A stretch of DNA of 64,000 nucleotides, taken from assembly GCA_964016885.1 (NCBI GenBank), contig OZ024744.1, positions 104,346,001 through 104,410,000 on the forward strand, in the 5' to 3' direction. This DNA is from Eledone cirrhosa (taxonomy: Eukaryota). Below are positions 27,626-41,540 of the stretch, piece after piece; within the stretch, counting starts at the first letter, position 1; each line of letters begins with the position of its first letter. Under the pieces are notes generated by a model that had not been told where the DNA came from, searched no databases, and saw only the letters and a program-made list of their open reading frames with translations. The position numbers and the translations under genes were made by a program.

Positions 27626-28530
27626 TCAGACTAATATAAACTAATATATTTCTTCATTGTACTGTGCCGTTTGCTTTGTTATTTCTGTTTACTTTTTACA
27701 TACACACATATATATACAGTATTAGAGATGGCGGAGATCCTGGTCTGGAGTTCAATCCTGGTCAGGAAATACATGTAAGGTGTCCTAATAAATTTTTTTC
27801 GTCTAACCCATGCTAGCGTGGAAGAATGGACATAAAACGATGATGATGTTGATATATATATGTATGTGTGTGTGTGTTTATATACATATATACATACATA
27901 TTCATATATATCTATATACATATATATATATAAATGAAAAATCTGAGAAGCCGGATTCCAATAACATTCTTTTATTGCTGCATAGTACGTATTTCCATGG
28001 CCAATCAATTAACATCATCAAACCTTGACGTAAAACAATCAATAATGTCATCAAATGGTGTCAATAGATTTAGTAAAGTAATCCTTACTAAGGGAGCAGC
28101 AAAAATAAGAACAAAAACAAAAAATTTATGATACGGAGGCAAAGCAGCCAATGTAGCTATGTTAGTATGAGAGATTATGAAAGTCACTGTCTTGGAATAT
28201 TCAGCCATATATAGAAAATAACACCAAAACAACCTGTGATATTTAATAAGACTCTATATGAGCCTTCCACTCTGACCTACCAGTATACAAGATACATTCT
28301 ATCGCCATAGTAATGTGATAACCTTTGTCTCTAGCTACCATGAATATCATATGTATATACTAGTATAACATACCGCTATTGAACGGAGGGGGGAGTCTTG
28401 AGAAGGTCCAGGGGGTGGTAGAGATGATGTAATAGTATATTAAATACCAAATGTTACATATTATATATTATATTATTTATACATAGTATATATTATATTA
28501 TTATACTTTGAGGGAGGAGGTAGATCCCGC

Positions 28531-28802
28531 TGCCAATAAAAATACACACACCTGTTGGTTTTCACTTCAATTTATAAATTTCCGGTCGGTTGGTTTTTAA
28601 TGTGTCTCTCCTTTGTTCTGTCCTACACCATCTTGTTTTTGTGTAGCACAGAACAAAGGAGAGACACAAAATAAAAACCCAGTGACTGAGGTCACAGAAT
28701 TTGTGACAAAATAACTTTGACAATCCAGTTATCCAACCAGCCAACCGGAAATTTAAAATAAATTGAAGTGAAAACCAACAGGTGCGTGTGTTTTTATTGG
28801 CA
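28531..28802. other. Nested inverted-repeat element: ~60-bp outer arms enclosing a 27-bp hairpin and a 6-bp hairpin
   Basis: Arms 28531-28593 and 28737-28802 are reverse-complementary; the inner 21-mer 28601-28621 pairs perfectly with 28648-28668. Confidence 0.85.
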
Positions 28803-29439
28803 ACATGACCCTCCCAAAGTACAATAATATCTGTTTCAACGCACGTTTTCAGATAAGAGATCTTGCAAAACAAATATATTATATTATTTATTATATATAA
28901 GTTAACGATTATATTTATTATATATTATTTACAATTTACATGTAGGCAGGTCTCTCTGGGAATAGGGGTGGGGCTGCTGAGGGTATTATGTAGCTGGAAG
29001 GGGGGTGGGGGGGTGAGAACTTCTGCTCTACATGCTCATTTGGCCATAGAAATATCAAACAAATCTCCCTCAAGACAAAAGATTTTAAATAAGGAAAGGA
29101 CACACCAGAAAATATAGGGTGATTATGACTGAGACAATCCTGCTAAATCAGATCTGACCTATGTCTATCAGCAACCACCTCTATTATATCCACTACCATA
29201 ACTTAGCTATACCCCAGTTACTAACTACCACTATCACATGCCTAAACCACTGTAACCTACATCTGTCCAAACTTCCATTTTTCACCACTGCTTTACAATA
29301 CCATCATATAAGGTCTGTCAAAAAATTATCCAACTTTATATTTTGTTTCCTATGGGAAGTAATGACATTAAGGTGACAAAGGTGTAGAGAGTGGAGCCAC
29401 ATATATCCATTTAACACGTGTGGCCTTTGGTGAGCTTGC

Positions 29440-30990
29440 TAGATGTAACATCATTATTCTGGTTGGTGACATCAATGGAAATTTTGGACAGCACCAGGAT
29501 GACTATGTTGGAGTACACAGTGGCTATGGTTATGGTTCAAGAAATGGAGACAGAACAAGGCTCCTAGAATTCTGTAATACAAATGACCTGACAACACTAA
29601 CTTCAGGAAACCAGCCACCTGATCACCTACCAATCAGATGGACATTCTTACTTGTCAGAAAGCAGGATAGACAAATGGTTATGAATATTAAGTCTTTTCC
29701 CGAGGAAGAATGTACCACTCAACATAAATTAGTTATTACTGACATCAGAATAAGAATTAAATGGAATCGGAAACACAGGACCATCTGGAGAAGGAGGGTA
29801 TGGAAACTAAAGGACTTCCTTCTATGTTAAATATAAGTTTAGAAAAGTTCTACATGATACATATAATGAAAGGGAGAGGAGGTAGAGGACAATTGGAAGT
29901 TTCTATGGGACAACCTGCTTCTGACTACTGATGAGATCTGTGGCTGGAGCAAGGTATCAGTCAAACAAAAGGTGACTTAGTGGTGGAACAGTATGGTAGA
30001 TAGAACGATTAAAGCTAAGATAGAGGCATGGAAAGACTGGAAAAATGAGGGCAGCAAAGAACAATATCAAGTAGCTAAAAGAGAAGCTAGACAACAGGTT
30101 TACATAACATTTAGAGAAGTAGAAAGTAAGAGGTTTGTTAATGTGCTGCAATGTGAGGATCAGAAATATGAGGTGTTCCACATTGTGAATCAGGATGCTG
30201 TTGGGAGCAATGAGTTTGAAATGACTCTGGTACACTAAGTCTTATTGATGCTCAGAAGAAAGAGGTTTGAAAATGTTATTATGAGAGGTTGATAAATGTA
30301 GGAAATGAGTGGAAAGAAGGAGGACTACTCCCAATAGACTAAACAGAGTGACCAGCTATTGAAACTGACAGTTATAGATTTAAAGAAGCAATCAGAGATG
30401 AAGAATGTTAAAGCTGTGGGACTGTCGGAGATAGTTTCTGAAATGTTGAAATACATAATGATGTCATACTCAATGACTAGCACAGCAGTAAAATCATGAA
30501 TTGCTACAAAGGAAAAGGTGATGCCCTAGAAAGAAACAACTACAGAGGAATAAATCTAATGAACCAAGTTATGAAAGCAATGGAAAGAGTTCTAGCACAG
30601 CTAATTAGGGAAAGAGTCAAATTAGATGAGATGCAGTTTGGTTTTATGCTAAGGAGGAGTACTTCAGATGTCTACTTATTAATGAGACAACTGCAAGAGA
30701 AGTTCCTAGCTAAGAGTAGAAAAGGAATAGGTAGGAACTCTATATGATGTACACAATGTAAGGTGTGGTACACAAGAGGTGTAGTGGGATTGTAGACCAA
30801 GTAACAAAAAATATAGACTTTGTATGTGACAGATGTTCAAGAACAGTGTGTAGTTAGAGTAGCAGTGAAATAAACTTTTTCCAATCCACGGAAGGTACCA
30901 GAGAAGTAGTTGATAGCTTCTGTTATCTGCCAAGAAAAACCTGGGCAGATATGATTAGAGTTGATCTCAAAATGCTGAACCTCACAACAT
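29440..30990 (+). mobile_element. Decayed RTE LINE (APE endonuclease remnant plus N-terminal RT, internally deleted)
   Basis: IILVGDINGNFG, QHKLVITD, NCYKGKGDALERNNYRGI...MQFGF. Confidence 0.88.
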
Positions 30991-31000
30991 TTAACACCTA

Positions 31001-31062
<62 letters not shown>

Positions 31063-31342
31063 AACATTATCATCATCATCATCATTACTTTTTAATACCC
31101 ATTTTACGAAGAGTTGGACATATTTATACTACTTTGAAATGTGAAATTTTAGTAGAACCCTCCACAATGTAATCTGATATAATGCAGAAGGTCCCTCTGC
31201 CACAATTAATGCTGAGTAGTTGAGAGGGATATGTAGCCCACCTTTAATATTCTAAAATTATCCACCACCAAGACAAAAATAGAGGAAAATGAGAAAAATA
31301 TCGTAAAAATATCTTTCAATAAAAGCTACTGATAATATTCCA

Positions 31343-32863
31343 ATAACTCCTGATGGAGTGACAGAGGTGTGACATGATAGTATTCCATATATGGACCAGT
31401 AACTCCTGATGGAGTGACAGAGGTGTGACATGATAGTATTCCATATATGGACCAGTAACTCCTGATGGAGTGACAGAGGTGTGACATGATAGTATTCCAT
31501 ATATGGACCAGTAACTCCTGATGGAGTGACAGAGGTGTGACATGATAGTATTCCATATATGGACCAGTAACTCCTGATGGAGTGACAGAGGTGTGACATG
31601 ATAGTATTCCATATATGGACCAGTAACTCCTGATGGAGTGACAGAGGTGTGACATGATAGTATTCCATATATGGACTAGTAACTCCTGATGGAGTGACAG
31701 AGATGGTGTGACATGATAGTATTCCATATATGGACCAGTAACTCCTGATGGAGTGACAGAGGTGTGACATGATAGTATTCCATATATGGACCAGTAACTC
31801 CTGATGGAGTGACAGAGGTGTGACATGATAGTATTCCATATATGGACTAGTAACTCCTGATGGAGTGACAGAGATGGTGTGACATGATAGTATTCCATAT
31901 ATGGACCAGTAACTCCTGATGGAGTGACAGAGGTGTGACATGATAGTATTCCATATGTGGACCAGTAACTCCTGATGGAGTGACAGACATGGTGTGACAT
32001 GATAGTATTCCATATATGGACCAGTAACTCCTGATGGAGTGACAGAGGTGTGACATGATAGTATTCCATATATGGACCAGTAACTCCTGATGGAGTGACA
32101 GAGGTGTGACATGATAGTATTCCATATATGGACTAGTAACTCCTGATGGAGTGACAGAGATGGTGTGACATGATAGTATTCCATATATGGACCAGTAACT
32201 CCTGATGGAGTGACAGAGGTGTGACATGATAGTATTCCATATATGGACTAGTAACTCCTGATGGAGTGACAGAGATGGTGTGACATGATAGTATTCCATA
32301 TATGGACCAGTAACTCCTGATGGAGTGACAGAGGTGTGACATGATAGTATTCCATATATGGACCAGTAACTCCTGATGGAGTGACAGAGGTGTGACATGA
32401 TAGTATTCCATATATGGACTAGTAACTCCTGATGGAGTGACAGAGATGGTGTGACATGATAGTATTCCATATATGGACCAGTAACTCCTGATGGAGTGAC
32501 AGAGGTGTGACATGATAGTATTCCATATGTGGACCAGTAACTCCTGATGGAGTGACAGACATGGTGTGACATGATAGTATTCCATATATGGACCAGTAAC
32601 TCCTGATGGAGTGACAGAGGTGTGACATGATAGTATTCCATATATGGACCAGTAACTCCTGATGGAGTGACAGAGATGGTGTTACATGATAGTATTCCAT
32701 ATATGGACCAGTAACTCCTGATGGAGTGACAGAGATGGTGTGACATGATAGTATTCCATATATGGACCAGTAACTCCTGATGGAGTGACAGAGATGGTGT
32801 TACATGATAGTATTCCATATATGGACTAGTAACTCCTGATGGAGTGACAGAGATGGTGTGACA
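31343..32863. repeat. Minisatellite D, 56/59-bp unit GTAACTCCTGATGGAGTGACAGAG(ATG)GTGTGACATGATAGTATTCCATATATGGACCA, ~27 copies
   Basis: Direct tandem array; explains the overlapping long minus-strand ORFs. Confidence 0.96.
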
Positions 32864-33004
32864 TACAGCATATTTTAGATATTTTAAAACTGATGGAGCC
32901 CAGCCCTCTTTAAGTTTGTAGACAGCAGAATTCTTCTAAAGAAGAAGAGAGAGAACTAAGTCCCCACCCCCTACTGGTCAGCTACTTTTTTATTGACATC
33001 ATTA

Positions 33005-33828
33005 GTATGCACAATGTTACATGGCAGTGAGACCTGGGCATTGTGTGCAGAGGATCTGCGCAGACTGGTGAGAAACGAAGCTTGCATGCTCCGTTGGATG
33101 TGTAATAGTAATATACATGAACGGCAAAGCATAAATGAACTAAGTGAGAAATTAGGAATAAGAGGGATCAGATGCTGTTTACTCGAGAGAAAACTACGTT
33201 GGTACGGTCACGTGATGCGCATGAAAGACGATAGCTGTATAAAAAAGTGCAGGGCGATTAAAACAGACGGAAGCTATGGAGTAGGTAGACCCAGAAAAAC
33301 CTGGGACGACTTGATAAATTCCGACCTCACACACTTACACCTCTCCAAGACAATGTCACTGGACCGAGACCTTTGGCGCTACACAGTAATACAGAAGACC
33401 CGCCTTGCCTATGTACAAAGCGAAACCTACAGTCAGTAGGTACCTCTTAACCAAAAATACACCCCACCCCACCCCACTACCCTTACCCCCACCCCCATCT
33501 ACACCTAAAGTTATGTTGGTGCCACAACATCCAGCCCGAAACAAATGAGGTCGTGTAGGTGTCACGACAAAAAAACACACAGTCCACGCTGTAATGTGGC
33601 CGTGTAGGCAACACGGTAAAAACCTCCCAGACCCACACTGTAAACATGGTTGGTGTTAGGAAGGGCATCCAGCCGTAGAAAACCTGCCAGACAGTCCTAT
33701 ACGAGCAAGTCAACCAATCTTGCCTCAAGTGGGACAATTCCCGTCTAAACCCATGCTAGCGTGGAAGATAGACGTTAAACGATGATGATGGTGATGTTGA
33801 TGATGATGATGATCATGATGATGATGAT
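33005..33828 (+). mobile_element. 5'-truncated RTE LINE (subfamily with long 3' UTR) ending in (GAT)n
   Basis: MLHGSETW...LRWYGHVMRM...GRPRKTW; very similar to 51560-52327. Confidence 0.92.
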
Positions 33829-34545
33829 ATGAAGGATGACAGTTATATAAAAAGGTGCAGAGCGCTCAAAGTTGATGGAAGCCATGGAGTGGAGAGACCT
33901 AGGCAGACTAGGGATGAGGTTATAAAAACTGACCTTGCACAATTGCACCTCTCAAAGAAGATGATACAGGCCCAACATCTCTGGCATTATTCAATTGGAT
34001 TGGCAGTATTGGGAGAGGGTCGGACGCCATGCTTTGATGTATAGAGTTACAGCCCTTGCCATTCTGAGTTCAAATCCCGCTGAGGTTAACTTTGCCTTTC
34101 ATCCTTACGGGGTCGATAAAATAAAGTACCAGTAATGCACTGGGTAATTGCTGGCCTTGTTCCAAAAGTAGAAACAATTATTCAATAACGCAGAAGACCA
34201 GACTTCTCATGAGCACAAGCTGAAACTGAAACATATATGGAGTGTACACCACCCTCACCACCATCCTACCCCACTCTTCCAAACATCTCCCATAAGGACA
34301 AGCTGAAGTATACATCTAGTGAAGCCTTCAGTCCACGCTGCAAAGTGGTTGTGATGGTGACACGACAAAAAGCACCCAGCCCACCCTTGATATAAGGAAG
34401 GGCCTCCAGCTGTAGAAACCAAGCCAAAATTAGTTCTGTATGAACAAGACATGGTCACCTGACCTGGCATTTCTCACAACAGGACCACTTGTATAACCCA
34501 TGCTAGCAAGGAAAAGGATGTTAAAGGGTGATGATGATGATTATG
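33829..34545 (+). mobile_element. Older RTE 3' end interrupted by a family 1 SINE (33996-34176) with 10-bp TSD ATTATTCAAT
   Basis: TSD at 33986-33995 and 34177-34186; removing the SINE restores LWHYSITQKT. Confidence 0.85.
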
Positions 34546-35005
34546 TGATGATCAAAGTGTTTACAACAATCTGTTCACTAGTAAATATATTATAAACATT
34601 TCTACTAACAAACCACATGAAACTACATTAGCAAAACATTCTTGAAAAGTAGAAAACAGTACTATGATTACATCACTTTAAATATTAAAGTCTTTACTCT
34701 AATACTGCAAATTTTTCCAACAATCTTTCTCCTAGTAAGATACTATAAACATTTGTTAAGAGTTAATATTGTTACATAGACAGAGGAACTGAGCCTGTGT
34801 AACATCAAAATATTATACATTTACTGAATTTTAAAATAATTTTTTTTTTAAATGTTATAATTAATTAATGTGTATTGATTAATTAAGTTTTAGGCTAGGT
34901 AAACATAGATTAGCATTCCTACCTAGGAGGCATGTTCCTTGTTTAAACAGATCCCAGTTAACAAAGATCATAAGTAAAATAGGTAATATTTTGTTATTAA
35001 AAATA

Positions 35006-35268
35006 AAGGAGCTGATCATCAGATCAGACCAAAGAAACAATGTTTCCATTGGTCTTTCCATTACTGATACTATCTGTCAGTCACAACTCCTGGCAGTAGA
35101 AAGGAGCTGATCATCAGATCAGACCAAAGAAACAATGTTTCCATTATCTTTCCATTGTTGATACTATCTGTCAGTCACAACTCCTGGCAGTAGAAAGGAG
35201 CTGATCATCAGATCAGACCAAAGAAACAATGTTTCCATTATCTTTCCATTGTTGATACTATCTGTCAA
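35006..35268. repeat. ~95-bp tandem repeat, ~2.8 copies
   Basis: AAGGAGCTGATCATCAGATCAGACC recurs at 35006, 35101 and 35195. Confidence 0.9.
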
Positions 35269-36270
35269 ATTCAAAAGAGAAGCTGGATTGACAGATAATT
35301 ATGAGGAAATGAAAACAGAAGAAACAGCAACAGAAACTACAGAAAATAAAAAAATCGAAATTGAAAACATATGTTCAGAATGTTACGCTAAAATGATGGC
35401 AAAAAACCCCTACATGTCCAATATCCAAAAAAATTAATAGGGAGTAAGAAGACAAACAAAATTCACAAAACTGGTTCAGAAATGCTGGACTAAAACCACA
35501 TTTTGTATGATACCACAAAACTGGTTAAGAAGTGCTGGACTAAAACCACATTTTATCTGCTGGTTAAGATGTGTTGGACTAAAACCACATTTTACCTGAC
35601 ACTCTATTATTTCTGCCAACCCACTATTATTGCATGAATGTCCTAAATATTGTGATATCAATATTTCAACAACTTCATGAACATTATCAGTTATTTGGAT
35701 GGTCATATGTCAGAATGGCATAACGTATCATTCACAAACTCTTCATATCCTTACTTCAAATGTTTATATAGTGTCTTTACTGGTGGACAGATTGTTGAGA
35801 AAATTTGCCACAGTGGAGTAAAGACTTTAATATTTAATGTTATAGGTCACGGTATTGTTTTGTACTTTTAAAGAATGTCATGTTAATTTAAATGTTTATA
35901 GTATCTTTACTGGTGGACATATTGTGAAACTATGTTGCTACTTCAAAATGAAAGCTGTGACAGAATGAAGAGAAATCCATTAACTGCTACAGACATTCCC
36001 TCCATGCCAAACCCCAGAGACTGACCATGAGTTTCCAGTAATTGTTTATCATCAACATTAGGAACAATGTATAGAAGCTGCATAATTGTCTCTCTTTCAC
36101 ACAGTGGAATACAAACTGTCACAAGATGAGTAAAAAATCATCTAACTTTCTCTCTTCAAATATCCAACAAGTCTGTTATTCACAAATACATCTAATAAAT
36201 ATATAATGTTCAAAATATTTTGTTATAAAACTCAATAAATAGATTTGTTAGAGCACAGAACAATCTTTAG

Positions 36271-37600
36271 CTTACGACAGTAACAACACCACCACCAGAG
36301 ACAACAGCAGCAGTAACAACAGTAACAACACCACCACCAGAGACAACAGCAGCAGTAACAACAGTAACAACACCAGAGACAACAGCAGCAGTAACAACAG
36401 TAACAGCACCAGAGACAACAGCAGCAGTAACAACAGTAACAACACCAACACCAGAGACAACAGCAGCAGTAACAACAGTAACAACACCAGAGACAACTGC
36501 AGCAGTAACAACACCACCAGAGACAACAGCAGTAACAACAACAACACCAGAGACAACAGCAGCAGTAACAACAGCAGTAGTAACAACAGTAACAACAACA
36601 CCAGAGACAACAGCAGCAGTAACAACAGTAACAACAACACCAGAGACAACAGCAGTAACAACAACAACACCAGAGACAACAGCAGCAGTAACAACAGTAA
36701 CAACAACAACACCAGAGACAACAGCAGCAGTAACAACAGTAACAACACCACCAGAGACAACAGCAGCAGTAACAACAGTAACAACAACAACACCAGAGAC
36801 AACAGCAGCAGTAACAACAGTAACAACAACACCAGAGACAACAGCAGTAACAACAACAACACCAGAGACAACAGCAGCAGTAACAACAGCAGTAGTAACA
36901 ACAGTAACAACAACACCAGAGACAACAGCAGCAGTAACAACAGTAACAACAACACCAGAGACAACAGCAGTAACAACAACAACACCAGAGACAACAGCAG
37001 CAGTAACAACAGTAACAACAACAACACCAGAGACAACAGCAGCAGTAACAACAGTAACAACAACAACACCAGAGACAACAGCAGCAGTAACAACAGTAAC
37101 AACAACAACACCAGAGACAACAGCAGCAGTAACAACAGTAACAACAACACCAGAGACAACAGCAGTAACAACAACAACACCAGAGACAACAGCAGCAGTA
37201 ACAACAGTAACAACAACAACACCAGAGACAACAGCAGCAGTAACAACAGTAACAACAACAACACCAGAGACAACAGCAGCAGTAACAACAGTAACAACAA
37301 CAACACCAGAGACAACAGCAGCAGTAACAACAGTAACAACAACACCAGAGACAACAGCAGTAACAACAACAACACCAGAGACAACAGCAGCAGTAACAAC
37401 AGTAACAACAACAACACCAGAGACAACAGCAGCAGTAACAACAGTAACAACAACACCAGAGACAACAGCAGCAGTAACAACAGTAACAACAACAACACCA
37501 GAGACAACAGCAGCAGTAACAACAGTAACAACAATAACACCAGCAGTAACAACAGTAACAACACCACCAGAGACAACAGCAGTAGTAACAACACCAACAT
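36271..37600 (+). repeat. Triplet-phased minisatellite (CCA GAG ACA ACA GCA GCA GTA ACA...), translating as mucin-like PETTAAVTTVTTT
   Basis: All length variation is in multiples of 3; frame +1 is stop-free from 36271 to 37785; coding status unproven. Confidence 0.85.
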
Positions 37601-37809
37601 CTAATAAATATATAATGTTCAAAATCTTTACCTTACATCTTTCCAGCTTCAATAAAATAACGTTACAGTACAAGGTTGATTCCTATAGTGCACTCTACAT
37701 GCAAATGGAATTAGAACACGCTGACGCATATGTGTATATATGTATGTGTGTGTGTGTGTGCATATGTATAGATTTATATGTATGAGTATATAAATATAAA
37801 CGATCAAAC

Positions 37810-38270
37810 AGATACACACTTACAAACATACACACACAAACATACCTTCACACACTCACAAACATACATTCACACAGACACATACACATACATCCACACA
37901 AACACACACACATACATCCACACAAACACACACACATACATCCACACAAACACACACATATACATCCACACAAACACACACATACATCCACACAAACACA
38001 CACATATACATCCACACAAATACACACACACTCACACAAACACATACATTCACACAAACACACATATCCAGACAAACACACACACACATACATTCACACA
38101 AACACACATACATGCACACAAACACACGTACATTCACACAAACACACACACACATACATTCACACATACATTCACAAACACACACACACACATACATTCA
38201 CACAAAAAACACATAGTTACACAAACACATACATGTACAATTACACAAAAACACATACACACTCACACAC
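37810..38270. repeat. CA-rich compound microsatellite
   Basis: Direct. Confidence 0.9.
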
Positions 38271-39263
38271 AGCATAGCAAATGGAACGCCAACCGCTGTT
38301 TTGTTATAATTTTTCACCCTGCCCTTCCTTTTAGGCATATTGTGTGACGGAATGATGGAAGGAAGTAGTTAAATTTATATACAGAAGGTTATAATGGCGA
38401 GATATATATATATATAACTGTTTCTACTTTCGACACAAGGCCAGCAATTACCCAGTGCATTAACGGTGAGATATATATATAACGGTGAGATATATAATAT
38501 ATATAACGGTGAGATATATTATATATATAACGGTGAGATATATTATATATATAACGGTGAGATATATTATATATATTACGGTGAGATATATAATATATAT
38601 AACGGTGAGATATATAATATATATAACGGTGAGATATATTATATATATAACGGTGAGATATATAATATATATAACGGTGAGATATATTATATATATAACG
38701 GTGAGATATATATATATATAACGGTGAGATATATTATATATATAACGGTGAGATATATTATATATATAACAGTGAGATATATTATATATATAACGGTGAG
38801 ATATATTATATATATTACGGTGAGATATATTATATATATAACGGTGAGATATATTATATATATAACAGTGAGATATATTATATATTACGGTGAGATATAT
38901 ATATATATATATAACGGTGAGATATATATATATTACGGTGAGATATATATATATATAACGGTGAGATATATTATATATATAACAGTGAGATATATTATAT
39001 ATTACGGTGAGATATATATATATATATATTACGGTGAGATATATTATATATATAATACGGTGAGATATATTATATATATAATACGGTGAGATATATATAT
39101 ATATATAACGGTGAGATATATTATATATATAACGGTGAGATATATATATATAACGGTGAGATATATATATAATGGTGAAATATATTATATATATAATGGT
39201 GAGATATATATATATATATAACGGTGAGATATATTATATATATAATGGTGAGATATATATATA

Positions 39264-39452
39264 ATTGTTTCTACTTTTGGCACAAGGCCAGCAATTACCC
39301 AGTGCATTACTGGTACTTTATTTTATCGACCCCGTAAGGATGAAAGGCAAAGTTAACCTCGGCGGGATTTGAACTCAGAATAGCAAGGGCCGTAACTCTA
39401 TGCATCAAAGCATGGCGTCCAACCCTCTACCGATACTGCCAATTCACCGCCC
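39264..39452 (-). mobile_element. Full-length SINE family 1 copy with apparent TSD GATATATATATAAT
   Basis: tRNA-like head (TGGCAGTATCGGTAGAG...GAGTTCAAATCCC), central motif and AAACAATT tail. Confidence 0.9.
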
Positions 39453-40056
39453 GATATATATATAATGGTGAGATATATATATATAACGGTGATATATATA
39501 TATATATATATAACGGTGAGATATATTATATATATAATGGTGAGATATATATATATAACGGTGAGATATATTATATATATAACGGTGAGATATATTATAT
39601 ATATAACGGTGAGATATATATATATATATAACGGTGAGATATATATATATATATATATACATGAGATATATTATATATATAATGGTGAGATATATATATA
39701 TATAATGGTGATATATTATATATATAATGGTCAGATATATATATATATAACGGTGAGATATATATATAACGGTGAGATATATTATATATATAATGGTGAG
39801 ATATAGTATATATAACGGTGAGATATATTATATATATAATGGTGAGATATAGTATATATATAATGGTGAGATATATATATATATATAACGGTGAGATATA
39901 TTATATATATAACGGTGAGATATATTATATATATAATGGTGAGATATATATATATAACGGTGATATATTATATATATAATGGTGAGATATATATATATAT
40001 AACGGTGAGATATATATATATATAACGGTGATATATATATATATATATATATATAT

Positions 40057-40710
40057 AATTGTTTCTACTTTAGGCACAAGGCCAGCAATTACCAGTGCAT
40101 TACTGGTACTTTATTTTATCGACCCCGTAAGGATGAAAGGTAAAGTCAACCTCGGCGGGATTTGAACTCAGATCGTAAAGGGACGTAACTATGCTGGAAA
40201 GCATGGCGTCCGACCCTCTACCGATACTGTCAATCCACCGCCCTTTATATATATATATAATGGTAAGATATATTATATATATAATGGTGAGATATATATA
40301 TATATAACGGTGAGATATATTATATATATACTAGCAGTGGTACCCGCAGGGCGAATTGTAGGAAAAGGCGTAATGCAGTCAGCCAGACATACAGACAGAT
40401 ATTATAAGGGCACGACGTTATATGTATGTATCTATCTAAAAAGAGAAAGACTAAGAATTATAGAGAGAGATTGCTAAATCGACTAATGAGGTCCCTAGGG
40501 CATTGAAAATTTGAAATTTCTTTTGCTCAGAACACTCCCCGAAACATAAGTATTACATGTGTAAAGTTTGAAAACAGTCGGTTGGGTGGTTCTCGAGTTT
40601 TAGGGATTCAAACTCACACACACACACACAGAGACAGACATCCTCAGGGAAGTGACGTAATGCAGACAGTCAGACATACAGAGATATTATAAGGGTGCGA
40701 CGTTATATGT
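40057..40710 (-). mobile_element. SINE family 1 (40057-40243) plus a short non-autonomous Helitron derivative (3' CTAG at 40331-40334)
   Basis: Block duplicated at 41971-42627; shares the CCACTGCTAG end and body with 45778-46677. Confidence 0.8.
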
Positions 40711-41540
40711 AAAGTGGTAGTGCTGGTGCAATGATAAAATACACCCAGTACACTCTGTAAAGTGGTAGTGCTGGTGCAATGATAAAATATTCCCAGTACA
40801 GTCTAGTGCTGGTGCCATGATAAAATACACCCAGTACACTCTGTAAAGTGGTAGTGTTGGTGCAATGATAAAATATTCCCAGTACAGTCTAGTGCTGGTG
40901 CCATGATAAAATACACCCAGTACACTCTGTAAAGTGGTAGTGCTGGTGCCATGATAAAATATTCCCAGTACAGTCTAGTGCTGGTGCCATGATAAAATAC
41001 ACCCAGTACACTCTGTAAAGTGGTAGTGTTGGTGCAATGATAAAATATTCCCAGTACAGTCTAGTGCTGGTGCCATGATAAAATACACCCAGTACACTCT
41101 GTAAAGTGGTAGTGCTGGTGCCATGATAAAATATTCCCAGTACAGTCTAGTGCTGGTGCCATGATAAAATACACCCAGTACACTCTGTAAAGTGGTAGTG
41201 CTGGTGCCATGATAAAATATTCCCAGTACAGTCTAGTGCTGGTGCCATGATAAAATACACCCAGTACACTCTGTAAAGTGGTAGTGCTGGTGCCATGATA
41301 AAATATTCCCAGTACAGTCTAGTGCTGGTGCCATGATAAAATACACCCAGTACACTCTGTAAAGTGGTAGTGCTGGTGCCATGATAAAATATTCCCAGTA
41401 CAGTCTAGTGCTGGTGCCATGATAAAATACACCCAGTACACTCTGTAAAGTGGTAGTGCTGGTGCCATGATAAAATATTCCCAGTACAGTCTAGTGCTGG
41501 TGCCATGGTAAAATACACCCAGTACACTCTGAAAAGTGGT
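40710..41540. repeat. 86-bp dimeric (38+48) minisatellite derived from RTE/SINE 3'-UTR-like sequence, followed by a tail ending in (GAT)n at ~41795
   Basis: AAAGTGG period of 86 bp (40759, 40845...); GTGCCA...AAAATACACCCAGTACACTCTGTAAAGTGG resembles the SINE/RTE tail. Confidence 0.88.

Noticed and set aside
31258-32818. Long minus-strand ORFs up to 323 aa
   Set aside because: The 56/59-bp unit cycles through all frames; ORFs are open only because the unit lacks stops.
36267-37673. Poly-Leu and poly-Val minus-strand ORFs
   Set aside because: Antisense readings of the triplet repeat with implausible composition.
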